A stretch of DNA of 64,000 nucleotides from an uncultured delta proteobacterium (lineage in GTDB: Bacteria; Myxococcota_A; UBA9160; SZUA-336): NCBI GenBank assembly GCA_963704165.1, contig CAVPHD010000003.1:548217-612216 (forward strand), read 5' to 3'. Position 1 is the first letter of the stretch. The number at the start of each line of letters is the position of its first letter. Below are positions 1-9,349 of the stretch, piece by piece. Below the pieces are notes generated by a model that saw nothing but the letters and a program-made list of their open reading frames with translations, made no database searches and had not been told where the DNA came from. A program made the translations under genes and the position numbers.

Positions 1-725
1 AGGATCGCGCGCGAGTCGATCTTGTGCGCCTCCATCGGATGGTCTGCGCCGAGCATCTTCCAGACCAATTGGCGCGAGACCGCGACCGAGATCGCGGAGG
101 TGTTCTCGGCGATCTCACGTGCGAGCTCGCGCGCGGCCGGAAGCAGGTCGTCCGCTGCGTGCAGGCTCCGCACGAGTCCCGCGTCGAGCGCCTCGCTCGC
201 CGGAAACACGCGCCCCGTGTAGACCCACTCGAGCGCGCGCGAGACCCCGACCGCGCGCGGCAGGAACCAACTCGAGGCCGCTTCCATGCAGATGCCACGG
301 CGCGCGAAGACGAAGCCGAAGCGCGCGTCGTCCGAGGCGAGTCGGATGTCCATCGGCAGCGTCATCGTCACGCCCACACCGACGGCGGGACCGTTGATCG
401 CGGCGATCAGCGGCTTCGTGCAGTCGTAGAGCCGGAGCGTCACGCGGCCGCCGCCGTCGCGGTGGCCCTCGATCCCGACGTCGGCCGATCGGTCGCGCGC
501 ATCGAACGTGCCGGAGCCGGCCGACAGGTCGGCGCCCGCGCAGAACGCGCGGCCCGCACCCGTGAAGATGATCGCCCGCACGTCGTCGTCGGCATCGGCG
601 CGATCGATCGCGTCGAGAAGCTCGAACATCATCCGACCGGTGAAGGCGTTGAGCTTCGCCGGCCGGTTCAGTGTCACGGTGAGGACGTGGTCCTCCACCG
701 CGTAGAGGATCTCCTGGTAGTCCAT
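1..725 (-). CDS. Enoyl-CoA hydratase/isomerase (crotonase) family, 3' end outside window
   Basis: Own translation of minus strand: MDYQEILYAVEDHVLTVTLNRPAKLNAF...GAGRAFCAGADL...AAINGPAVGVG; not in ORF track because it has no stop in the window. Confidence 0.9.
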   Translation of the reverse strand, partial: MDYQEILYAVEDHVLTVTLNRPAKLNAFTGRMMFELLDAIDRADADDDVRAIIFTGAGRAFCAGADLSAGSGTFDARDRSADVGIEGHRDGGGRVTLRLYDCTKPLIAAINGPAVGVGVTMTLPMDIRLASDDARFGFVFARRGICMEAASSWFLPRAVGVSRALEWVYTGRVFPASEALDAGLVRSLHAADDLLPAARELAREIAENTSAISVAVSRQLVWKMLGADHPMEAHKIDSRAI

Positions 726-735
726 CCGCAACCTC

Positions 736-1813
736 CTAGTCGAGCCCTGCGACGCGCGCGAAGAGCGCCTCGATCTCTTCCGCCCACCGCTCCACACCGA
801 AGACCGTCGCGATCCGCTGGCGTGCGGCACAGCCCATCGCGGCCGCGCGGGAGGGATCTTCGAGCATCCCGCGAATCGCGCGCACGAGCCCATCCACGTC
901 GCCGGTCGGATAGACGAGGCCCGTCTCGCGTGGCACGACGACCTCGCGAACGCCGCCGACATCGGCCGCGATCACCGGGATCGAGAGCGCCCCCGCCCGC
1001 ATCAGCGCGGAGGGAAGTCCCTCGTGCCGCGACGGCAGCGCGAGCGCGCAGAAGCTCACCAGGTAGCGCTCGGGCTCCGAGCTCGGGCCCGCAAAGAACA
1101 CGCGGCGCTCGAGACCCTTGCGGTGAACGTCCGCGCGAAGTGCGTTCTCTTCGGGGCCATCTCCGACGATGCACAGGCACACGTCCTCGGGAAGCCGCAC
1201 GAGCGCGCTGATCGCGTCACCGACGGCCTTCTCCGGCGAGAGCGACCCCACCACGCCGATCACTCGCGCATCGCGCGGAATGCCGTGCTTCGCCTCGAGA
1301 TCGATCGGCTCGGTCACGCCGGGACGCGGTAGCTCGACCCCTTCGTAGACGACCTGGCCGATCGCGCGCCCCCAGAGCTCGGCGAGCTGATCGCGATCGG
1401 ACCGCGATGTGAAGAGCACCTCGTCGGGCAGACGCTCGAGAAGCACGCGCGCGACTCGAGCGCTGCGGCGCAGCCGCGTCGGGCGCACCGTCGCGACGAG
1501 CGCGGTCCGTGCGAGTCGCATACCCGCGCGCCACCCCGGCGAGCAGCGTCATGCGCGGCGTGTGCGTGTTCACCAGATCGATCGCGTGCTCCCGGCAGGC
1601 GCGCCCGATCGCAGAAACGGCGCCGACCGGATTCGCGCGTCCGGGAATTCGAACCGTCGCGTGGCCTCGCGAAGCGATCTCGTCCGCGGCCGACCGGCCG
1701 GAGACGCCGATCACCGCACCGTGCCCGCGCGATCGCAAGGCGGTGGCCAGGCGCAGAACTTCTGCCTCGCCTCCCCCACCTCGCACAGCTTCGATCAGGA
1801 ACAGAACGTTCAG
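736..1813 (-). CDS. Glycosyltransferase family 4 (GT-B), frameshifted near 1520
   Basis: N-part LNVLFLIEAVRGGGGEAEV...DLVNTH (frame of ORF 1217..1786); C-part VGSLSPEK, IVGDGP, PSRHEGLP, ADVGGVRE (ORF 736..1521); start uncertain. Confidence 0.8.
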
Positions 1814-3036
1814 AACAGCAATCCCAGCCCCGTCGCGCGCCGCGTCGAGCCTTCACTCCGGAAGGCGTCGATCACGTGCTTCGCGATCTGCGTCATGTGA
1901 ACCTCGTCCGCGCCGTCCACGAGCCGCGCGGAACGCGCGTTCTTCAGCATCTGCTCGAGTGGCGTGTCCGAAGAGTAGCCGAGTGCGCCGTGTACTTGAA
2001 TCGCGGCATCGACGACCCTCCAGAGCGTGTTCGCGACGAAGAGCTTCGTCATCGAGACTTCCTGGCGGAACGGCAGCTTCGCCTCGATCAGATAGGCGGA
2101 GTGCAGGACCATGAGCTTGCACTGGTACAGCGCGAGCGCCGCCTCCGAGGTCTTCCACTGGATGCCCTGTTTCTCCGAGAGCTTCGCGCCGTGGAGCATG
2201 CGTTCTTCGCTGCGCGCGACCATCAGGTCGAGCGCCTTCTCGATCTGGCCGATCCAGCGCATGCAGTGCGCGAGCCGCGCGGGCCCGAGCCGGACCTGGC
2301 CGAGCGTGTGGCCCTGGCCCTGCGGACCGAGCATGTTCGCGTCCGGTACCTCGAGGTCGCGGATCAGGATCTCGCAATGGTTGTGGCCGCCGGCCAGCGT
2401 GTGGATGTCGCGAACGATCTCGAAGCCCGGGTTCGGCAGATCGACGATGAACGCGGAGTTCCGCGCCTGCGGCGGGTTCGCGTCGGGATCGGTGCACGCG
2501 ATCAGGATCGCGAACTGCGCCCCGCGCGCGCCCGAGATGAACCACTTGTGGCCGTTGATGATCCAGCGATCGCCCTGGCGAACCGCGCGCGTCTGGATGC
2601 CGGTCGGATCGGAGCCCGCGACTTCGGGCTCGGTCATCGCGAAGCAGGATCGCACGTAGCCGTTGCACAGCGGCACCAGGTACTTCTCGCGCTGCACGGG
2701 CGTCGCGAAGTGCAGCAGCGTGTGCATGTTGCCTTCGTCGGGGGCCTGGCAGTTGATGATGAAGGCCGAGAGCGGAACGCGGCCGCACTCCGCGGAAACC
2801 GTCGCGATGCCGAGCGCACCGAGGCCCATTCCGCCGAGATCCTTCGGCATGTGGGGAAGCCAGAGCCCGAGCTCGTGCGCGCGCTTGCGCAGGCGGACGA
2901 TGTGATCGCGCCAGAGCCGCAGGTCCTTCGAGTTCTCGAGCTCGTTGGCGGCCGGCTCGACTTCCTTGTCGATGAAGCCGCGGATCTTGTCGCGCAGCTC
3001 CACGATCTCGGGAGGCAAGCTGAAGTCGATGGCCAA
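1810..3036 (-). CDS. Acyl-CoA dehydrogenase
   Basis: CFAMTEPEVAGSDP, INGHKWFISGA, AIQVHGALG, LVDGADEVH motifs. Confidence 0.95.
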   Translation of the reverse strand: MAIDFSLPPEIVELRDKIRGFIDKEVEPAANELENSKDLRLWRDHIVRLRKRAHELGLWLPHMPKDLGGMGLGALGIATVSAECGRVPLSAFIINCQAPDEGNMHTLLHFATPVQREKYLVPLCNGYVRSCFAMTEPEVAGSDPTGIQTRAVRQGDRWIINGHKWFISGARGAQFAILIACTDPDANPPQARNSAFIVDLPNPGFEIVRDIHTLAGGHNHCEILIRDLEVPDANMLGPQGQGHTLGQVRLGPARLAHCMRWIGQIEKALDLMVARSEERMLHGAKLSEKQGIQWKTSEAALALYQCKLMVLHSAYLIEAKLPFRQEVSMTKLFVANTLWRVVDAAIQVHGALGYSSDTPLEQMLKNARSARLVDGADEVHMTQIAKHVIDAFRSEGSTRRATGLGLLF

Positions 3037-3063
3037 GGAAGTCTCCTGGAGGCGCGTCGTATT

Positions 3064-3471
3064 CTAGCTGGCTCGAGTGTCGAAGCGCGCACGCGAGCGC
3101 CAGAGCCACCACGCGAGCGCGCCGAAGGCCAGAAACGGCGGGATGCCGAAGACGAGCTCGCGACCGTCGGCGCGCGGATCGAGCAGCGCCCAGACGAGCA
3201 TCCCGATCGCGATCTGGGCGGTGTACAGCGCGGCCCAGGGGTGCATCCAGGCGCGCATCTTCCAGAACCCGTACGCGCCCGCGGCATAGATCGCCCAGTG
3301 CAGCGGCTCGGTCGCCTTGGCCGCCCAGCCCGTCAGCAGAAACCCGAACCAGACCTCCTGGTCGTCGGCCACCGGCTTCCAGAAGAAATCGAACGGCATG
3401 TAGACGAAGGTCATGTACAGGCAGAACGCGAAAAGCGCGTTCATCCACATGGGCCGCGCGCCCAGGCCCAC
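3064..3471 (-). CDS. Hypothetical membrane protein
   Basis: 135 aa with about 4 hydrophobic segments, tightly co-oriented with neighbours. Confidence 0.7.
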   Translation of the reverse strand: MGLGARPMWMNALFAFCLYMTFVYMPFDFFWKPVADDQEVWFGFLLTGWAAKATEPLHWAIYAAGAYGFWKMRAWMHPWAALYTAQIAIGMLVWALLDPRADGRELVFGIPPFLAFGALAWWLWRSRARFDTRAS

Positions 3472-3472
3472 G

Positions 3473-4438
3473 CTATCGCTCCAGCCGCCGACGCAGAAAT
3501 GCGTCGATCGCCAGATTCAGCGCGTCCGGCTCGTCGAAGTGCACCATGTGGCCCGCGCCCGGGATCTCGACGCACTCGATGTCGGGAAAGCACGCGAGCC
3601 GGCGCTGCAGCTCGTCCGGAGCGAGATAGGCCTCGATCTCGCCGCCGCGCTTGGAGCGGCCGAGATCGCGCCGCCAGAATTCCCCCGAGCGCGATCCGTT
3701 GGCCGCGAGCGTGGGCACGCGGATGCGCGACCACATCTGCTCCATCTGCCCGAAGTTGAAGCTGCCCCAGCTCGTGACCAGGTAGGGGTCCCACTTCCAG
3801 CGCAGGCCGCCCGCCGGGTGCGGGCGCACGCCCTGCTCGGCCAGGAAGCGCGCGCGGCCGGGCTCGAGCCGCGGATGGCTGCGCAGGATCCGAGCCGTGG
3901 CTTCGTCCGCATCCGCGAGTCGGCGTCCTTCGGGATCGATCGCGTCGAGTCGCTCGACCATCGTGCGCGACCAGAAGATGCCGGCCTCGCGACTCCCCTC
4001 GCCTTCCCAAGGGGGCGGGCCGAGGCCTTCGATCAGGACGAGCGCGCCGAGGACTTCGGGAAACAACCCCGCGTACTGCGCCGCGACCTCGCCGCCGAAG
4101 CTGTGTCCGATCAGGACCGGCCGCTCGAGCGAGAGACCGCGCAGGGCCGCACGCACGTCGAGAATGAAGTGCGCGAGCGCGTAGTAGCCGACGTGATCGC
4201 TGTCGCCGTGTCCGCGCAGATCGAGCGCCACGACGCGGAATCGATCGCGGAAGAACTGCGCGACCGAGTCGAGGCTCCAGGCCAGGTCGCGCATGCCGTG
4301 GACGAGGAGCATCGAGGGGGCGCCCGGGCCCGGATCCCCGTAGTCCAGCGCCGCGACCTCGATCCGGTGGCTCCGCAGGCGAACGGCCTGGGGCGACGGC
4401 GCGGGCCGCTTGACTTTCGTCTTGTGTTCGCCTCTCAT
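3473..4438 (-). CDS. Alpha/beta fold hydrolase
   Basis: LVHG, DLRGHGDS, GHSFGG nucleophile elbow, GAGHMVH. Confidence 0.92.
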   Translation of the reverse strand: MRGEHKTKVKRPAPSPQAVRLRSHRIEVAALDYGDPGPGAPSMLLVHGMRDLAWSLDSVAQFFRDRFRVVALDLRGHGDSDHVGYYALAHFILDVRAALRGLSLERPVLIGHSFGGEVAAQYAGLFPEVLGALVLIEGLGPPPWEGEGSREAGIFWSRTMVERLDAIDPEGRRLADADEATARILRSHPRLEPGRARFLAEQGVRPHPAGGLRWKWDPYLVTSWGSFNFGQMEQMWSRIRVPTLAANGSRSGEFWRRDLGRSKRGGEIEAYLAPDELQRRLACFPDIECVEIPGAGHMVHFDEPDALNLAIDAFLRRRLER

Positions 4439-4482
4439 GAGGCTAGGAAGGAGAGGGACATGAGAGCCGGATACACCAGGTT

Positions 4483-4968
4483 TCAGAGCCGTTCGAGCGC
4501 GCGGGAGGCCGCGTCGGCAACCGAGTCGTGCGACGTCGCCATCTCGAGGTTCCGGAGCCGGCTTCGCAACAACGATTTCTGCTCGCCGGAGAGGGATTCC
4601 GCGATCCGGCCGATCTCATCGGTGATCTGGAGGACGTCGCGCGGCGACTCCAGGTCGAGCAATCGCACCAAGAGCCCTACGTCGGCCGGCATGCCGTAGC
4701 ACTTCGCGTACTCGCGGAAGATGCGGACGAGGTTCTCGGCGCCATCGGCCTCGCGCAATCGCTCTTCCAGGCGAAGCCGGCCGCGGTCGGCCTTCTTGCC
4801 GAAGAGGCGCTCCTCGACCTTGCGCCGGTAGCGCGCCGCCGTGTGACGCGCGCGATTGTTTCTGCCATCTCGGCCATTGGGCATCGGGCCACCGCCATTT
4901 CCATTGGCCTTGCGTTCGGGTCGCGTCGGACTGCCGTGCTCCGCCGGGGTCTTGTCCTGGTCGCTCAC
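4483..4968 (-). CDS. Hypothetical helical protein
   Basis: C-terminal part of ORF 4483..5298; GTG start at 4968 with AGAGGAG RBS upstream. Confidence 0.65.
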   Translation of the reverse strand: MSDQDKTPAEHGSPTRPERKANGNGGGPMPNGRDGRNNRARHTAARYRRKVEERLFGKKADRGRLRLEERLREADGAENLVRIFREYAKCYGMPADVGLLVRLLDLESPRDVLQITDEIGRIAESLSGEQKSLLRSRLRNLEMATSHDSVADAASRALERL

Positions 4969-5278
4969 GCCTGTGCGCTCCTCTTGGGCATCCTTGTCCC
5001 GAGCCGGGCTCGGGCGGGGGTGCCGGTCGGATCCGGTCGCGAGGCATCTCGGCCCGATTTCGGGCGCTCCAGAGTCGCTACCGGTTCGGAGGCCGCGACA
5101 ACGATCCGGACTCCGACGAGCGGGGTCGGCTCTGAGCCGTTCACCCCACGCCGCGTAGCATGCCTCATCTCCGCGGCGCTGTCGCGGATTTCTTCGGCGG
5201 GTCCGCGCCGAACCTTTTGCGCACGAGTTGCGCACGACCTGCCTTGTGGCGGGTGCACGCGTGTGACAGGCTCGATTC

Positions 5279-6769
5279 GTGCTCGGCCGAATCGCCATCG
5301 CGCTCTGGATCGCCGCTGCCGCGCTGGCCTACTTCGCCCTGGGGTCGAGCGTCTCGCAGATCGCCGAGGGCATCCAGGACTCGCGGCATCCGGGAGCATC
5401 GGTCTGGCTCTCTCTCGCGACGATTGCCGCGGCGAGCCTGACGACGCTGGCCTGGTCGGTTCGCAGCGCCTCCCGGAGCGCTTCCGCGACGGGTGAGGCG
5501 TCCGACGGCCGGCGTGTCGGGCGGCGTGGATTCGTCCGCGGCGTCGCCCTGCTCGGCGGCGGGCTCGCGGCCACGAGCGTCGCGCTGCTGGCCCGCGTCC
5601 AGGGCTGGTTCCTGATCACGACGCGAAACATCGTGATGCCGGAGGTCGAGAAGGTCTCGCCGAATCCCCTGCCCGACTGGGCGGGCGCGCGCGTCCAGAG
5701 CTATCGGCGCCTCGGCCGGACCGAAGCGCGCGTCTCGGACATCTCGCTGGGGTCCGGCGTTCTCACCGAGGAGTCGGGCGGCGAGGCTCTCGCGCGTGAA
5801 GCGCTCGACCGGGGCATCAACTACTTCGACACCTCGCCGGACTATTCCGGCTCGAGCTCGGAGCGCGCGCTCGGTCGTGCGATCGGCGATCGGCGCGACA
5901 AGCTCTTCCTCGCGACGAAGTTCTGCACCCGGAACGGCCACCTGCCCGCCGGCTCACCGGTCGCGGCGTACATCGAAGCGGTCGAGGCGAGTCTCGAGCG
6001 GCTGCAGACGACGTACGTGGACCTGGTTCACGTCCACTCCTGCGACGACATCGAGCGGCTCCGCGATCCGAATCTGCACGAGGCCTTCCGCCAGCTCCGC
6101 GACGCGGGCAAGGTGCGATTCCTCGGTGTCTCGACCCACACGCCGAATCTCGAAGAGGTCGCGAACTTCGCGATCGACGACGGCCGATTCGACGTGCTCA
6201 TGCTCGCGTACCACCACGGCGCGTATCCGAAGCTCGCCGAGATCATCGACCGCGCCGCGAAGGCCGACGTCGGCGTGGTCGCGATGAAGACGCTGAAGGG
6301 CGCGAAGCACCACGGTCTGGCCGAGTTCCGCGACGAAGCCGACTCGTACGCGCAGGCGGCGTTCAAGTGGGTGCTGTCGAACCCGAGCGTCTCGTGCCTG
6401 GTGATTTCGTTCTGGGAGCCGCGGCAGCTCGACGAGTATCTCTTCGCCTCGGGGAGCGCGCCCACCTCCGACGACCTGGCCACGCTTCGACGCTACGACG
6501 AGCTGATCGCGGGCAAGCACTGCTTCGCGCACTGCGGCGCGTGCCTCGGCTCGTGTCCCGAAGGGCTCGCGATCAACGACGTGCTTCGCCACCGCATGTA
6601 CTTCGAGGACTACGGCCAGCAGAAGAACGCCATCTCGCTGTACGCGAAGCTCGAGAAGAAGGCCGACGTCTGCATCGGCTGTGCAGCGCCGTGCGTCGGC
6701 GCGTGTCCCGAGGGTGTTCCGATCCAGGAGCGCACGACCGGCGCGCATCGCCTTCTCACGCTCGTCTAG
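5279..6769 (+). CDS. Membrane-anchored aldo/keto reductase with C-terminal 4Fe-4S dicluster domain
   Basis: YRRLGRT, YFDTSPDY, LATKF, HVHS AKR motifs; CFAHCGACLGSCP and CIGCAAPCVGACP; hydrophobic N-terminal helices and RRGFVRG. Confidence 0.9.
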   Translation: MLGRIAIALWIAAAALAYFALGSSVSQIAEGIQDSRHPGASVWLSLATIAAASLTTLAWSVRSASRSASATGEASDGRRVGRRGFVRGVALLGGGLAATSVALLARVQGWFLITTRNIVMPEVEKVSPNPLPDWAGARVQSYRRLGRTEARVSDISLGSGVLTEESGGEALAREALDRGINYFDTSPDYSGSSSERALGRAIGDRRDKLFLATKFCTRNGHLPAGSPVAAYIEAVEASLERLQTTYVDLVHVHSCDDIERLRDPNLHEAFRQLRDAGKVRFLGVSTHTPNLEEVANFAIDDGRFDVLMLAYHHGAYPKLAEIIDRAAKADVGVVAMKTLKGAKHHGLAEFRDEADSYAQAAFKWVLSNPSVSCLVISFWEPRQLDEYLFASGSAPTSDDLATLRRYDELIAGKHCFAHCGACLGSCPEGLAINDVLRHRMYFEDYGQQKNAISLYAKLEKKADVCIGCAAPCVGACPEGVPIQERTTGAHRLLTLV

Positions 6770-6786
6770 AATCGAAGCGGAGGTCG

Positions 6787-7698
6787 ATGATGAGCGCGCT
6801 GACCGAGATCGCGTCCGGACTGCAGTTCCCCGAAGGGCCGATCGCGCTCGGTGACGGCAGCGTCCTGCTCGTCGAGATCAAGCGCGGCACGCTGACCCGT
6901 GTCGCAGCCGACGGCGCGCAGACGATCGTCGCGAAGACCGGTGGCGGCCCGAACGGCGCCGCGGTCGGTCCCGACGGCAAGGTCTACGTCTGCAACAACG
7001 GCGGCTTCGAGTGGCACGAAGCCGGACCCTACCTGCTGCCGGGAAACCAGCCGAAGGACTACAGCGGCGGAAGGATCCAGCGTGTCGATGCGAAGACCGG
7101 CGAGGTCGAGACGCTCTACACCGCGTGCGGCGCACACGAGCTGCGGGGCCCGAACGATCTGGTCTTCGACCGAAACGGCGGCTTCTGGTTCACCGACCAC
7201 GGCAAGAACCGCGAACGCGATCGCGACCGCGGCGGACTCTACTACGCGCGCCCCGACGGCTCATCGATCCGCGAGATGATCTACCCGCTCGATTCACCGA
7301 ACGGTGTCGGCCTCTCGCCCGACGGCACCCGCGTGTACGTCGCGGAGACGCACACCGGTCGCGTGTTCTTCTGGGATCTCTCGGCGCCGGGTGAGATCCG
7401 CCCGCACGCCTCGCCGAACCAGGGCCACCTGCTCGTCGGCCTGCCCGGGCTTCAGCTCCTCGACTCGCTGGCCGTCGATGCGGACGGAAACGTCTGCGTC
7501 GCGACGATCGCGAACGGCGGCATCACGATCATCTCGCCCGACGGCGCGCGCACCGAACACGTGCCGCTCCCCGACCCGCTGACGACGAACATCTGCTTCG
7601 GCGGTCCCGACCTGCGCACCGCCTTCATCACGCTCTCGGGCACCGGCCGACTCGTCTCGATGCCCTGGAAGACGGCGGGCCTGCGGCTCGCGTTCTAG
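6787..7698 (+). CDS. SMP-30/gluconolactonase/LRE family protein
   Basis: GLQFPEGP, GPNDL, SPNGVGLSPDG, DSLAVD, TTNICFGG; GGAGG RBS before ATG 6787. Confidence 0.93.
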   Translation: MMSALTEIASGLQFPEGPIALGDGSVLLVEIKRGTLTRVAADGAQTIVAKTGGGPNGAAVGPDGKVYVCNNGGFEWHEAGPYLLPGNQPKDYSGGRIQRVDAKTGEVETLYTACGAHELRGPNDLVFDRNGGFWFTDHGKNRERDRDRGGLYYARPDGSSIREMIYPLDSPNGVGLSPDGTRVYVAETHTGRVFFWDLSAPGEIRPHASPNQGHLLVGLPGLQLLDSLAVDADGNVCVATIANGGITIISPDGARTEHVPLPDPLTTNICFGGPDLRTAFITLSGTGRLVSMPWKTAGLRLAF

Positions 7699-8106
7699 AA
7701 GCAGGTCGCCGCGGTGCCCGCCGTGCACTCGAGCGGGCACGTCGGGCACCGCGGACTTCCCGCTGAGTCTGCGGTACTGCGCGAGATCGGCCGACCCGAC
7801 GAAGAGACCGCTCGCCGTGAAGTCCGCGTCGCAACGGTTCCCGTAGCCGTCGCGGTCGTCATCGCGCTGACCACCGGTGAGCGTCGCCCACGGATTCGTG
7901 GCCAAGTAGTCAGGAGCCTGGCGTGGGTTGCTGACGTTCACGCAGTTGTCGCAGAGATCGCCGACGACATCTCCTTCGCCGTCGGCTTGATCCGCGTTCG
8001 CCACGACTGGCCCGTGGGCGCGGACCCCGCTCGCGAAGATCAAGGCGAGCAAGACGCCTCCCACGGTCGCCGGGACCGCCCCTGGATCCCTCTAGATGGG
8101 ATGCAT
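7695..8106 (-). pseudogene. Remnant of secreted thrombospondin type-3 repeat protein
   Basis: GGGAGG RBS + ATG 8106; in-frame TAG at 8092-8094; signal-like stretch; NADQADGEGDVVGDLCDNC and DDDRDGYGNRCDADF; frameshifted tail CPTCPLECTAGTAATCF*. Confidence 0.65.
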
Positions 8107-8286
8107 GGTGGATCGCCTCCCTGTTCACTCCACGGTCAGTCCAACACAGCTCGCCACTACGCCGGGTGCGGGCGTCGTAGTCAGCCTACAGGACGCCATC
8201 TGCGACCAACACGCAGAATCGCTTGCTCGGTCTCAGTGGCCGTCCGAAGCCGTTCCGTGGAGAGGCCCTACCGGTGTCACGTTTTC

Positions 8287-9303
8287 CTAGAGCGTGCGGG
8301 TCACCTTCGTGATTCCCGCCGGGCGGTCGGGATCGTGACCGCGGGCGCGGGCGAGCCAGAAGGCGACGAGCTGGCCGACGATCGTCGCGGGGATCGGCGC
8401 GAGCCATTCGTCGGCCGCCGGCAGACTCAGATCGGCGTCGCCCTCGTCGCTGACCCGGACGAGCCGCGCACCGCGCTCGACGAGGTCGAGGCCGAGCCGG
8501 CGGACGTCCGCGCGCGCGGGGCCGGCGAACTCGATCGTGAAGATCGGGGCGCCGGCCGACGCGAGCGCGATCGGGCCGTGGCGGTAGTCGGCGGCCGAGA
8601 AGGACTCGGCGAAAACGCCCGCGATCTCTTTCAGCTTGAGTGCCCATTCGAGCGCGACCGGGAAGCCGAAGCCGCGCCCGATCACCGCGCAGGTCGCGTG
8701 CTCCGCGATCGTATCGGCGAGCGCGCGCGCCGCGGGTTGGGCCGTGAGAGCGCGCGAAGCGAGTTCGGGCACGCGCGCGAGCGCCGGCTCGTCCGCGCCG
8801 CAGAAGCCGGCGACGAGGTGCGCGAGCGCGTAGAGCGTGGTGGTGAACGAGCCGGTCGCCGCCACGGATCGCTCGCCGCCGAGTCGCAGCGGTACGACGT
8901 GCTCGACGGCGGCGGCCAGCGGTGAGTTCGCGCGATCGGTGAGCGCGAGCGTCGGAGCGCCCTGTGCGCGCGCGGAGTCGATCACGCGCACGACGTCGGG
9001 CGATTCGCCCGACTGCGAGATCGCGATCACGACCCAGTTCGCGAGCCTCGGCGGACGTTCGTAGATGGTGAAGAGCGAGGGCGTGGCGAGCGCGACGGGA
9101 ATGCCCGCGCGCGTTCCGAGCAGGTACTTCGCGTAGACGGCGGCATGGTCGGAGCTGCCTCGAGCGGCGATCATCACGCCGACGGGCCGGGACGCCGCGA
9201 GGCGCGCGCCGATCTCGCGAGCGCGGGCGCCCTCCTCGACTCGAAATCGCTCGAGCACCTCCGGTTGCGCGAAGATCTCGCGCGCGAGCTCCGATTCGTT
9301 CAT
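8287..9303 (-). CDS. SIS-domain sugar-phosphate isomerase/deaminase (GlmS C-terminal-like)
   Basis: REIFAQP, ARGSSDHA, ISQSGESPD, EWALKLKE, DYRHGP, ITKVTRTL. Confidence 0.92.
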   Translation of the reverse strand: MNESELAREIFAQPEVLERFRVEEGARAREIGARLAASRPVGVMIAARGSSDHAAVYAKYLLGTRAGIPVALATPSLFTIYERPPRLANWVVIAISQSGESPDVVRVIDSARAQGAPTLALTDRANSPLAAAVEHVVPLRLGGERSVAATGSFTTTLYALAHLVAGFCGADEPALARVPELASRALTAQPAARALADTIAEHATCAVIGRGFGFPVALEWALKLKEIAGVFAESFSAADYRHGPIALASAGAPIFTIEFAGPARADVRRLGLDLVERGARLVRVSDEGDADLSLPAADEWLAPIPATIVGQLVAFWLARARGHDPDRPAGITKVTRTL

Positions 9304-9349
9304 TCGCGGGACGAAGCTACCATTCCACGCGGCGCAGGCGAGGCATCCG

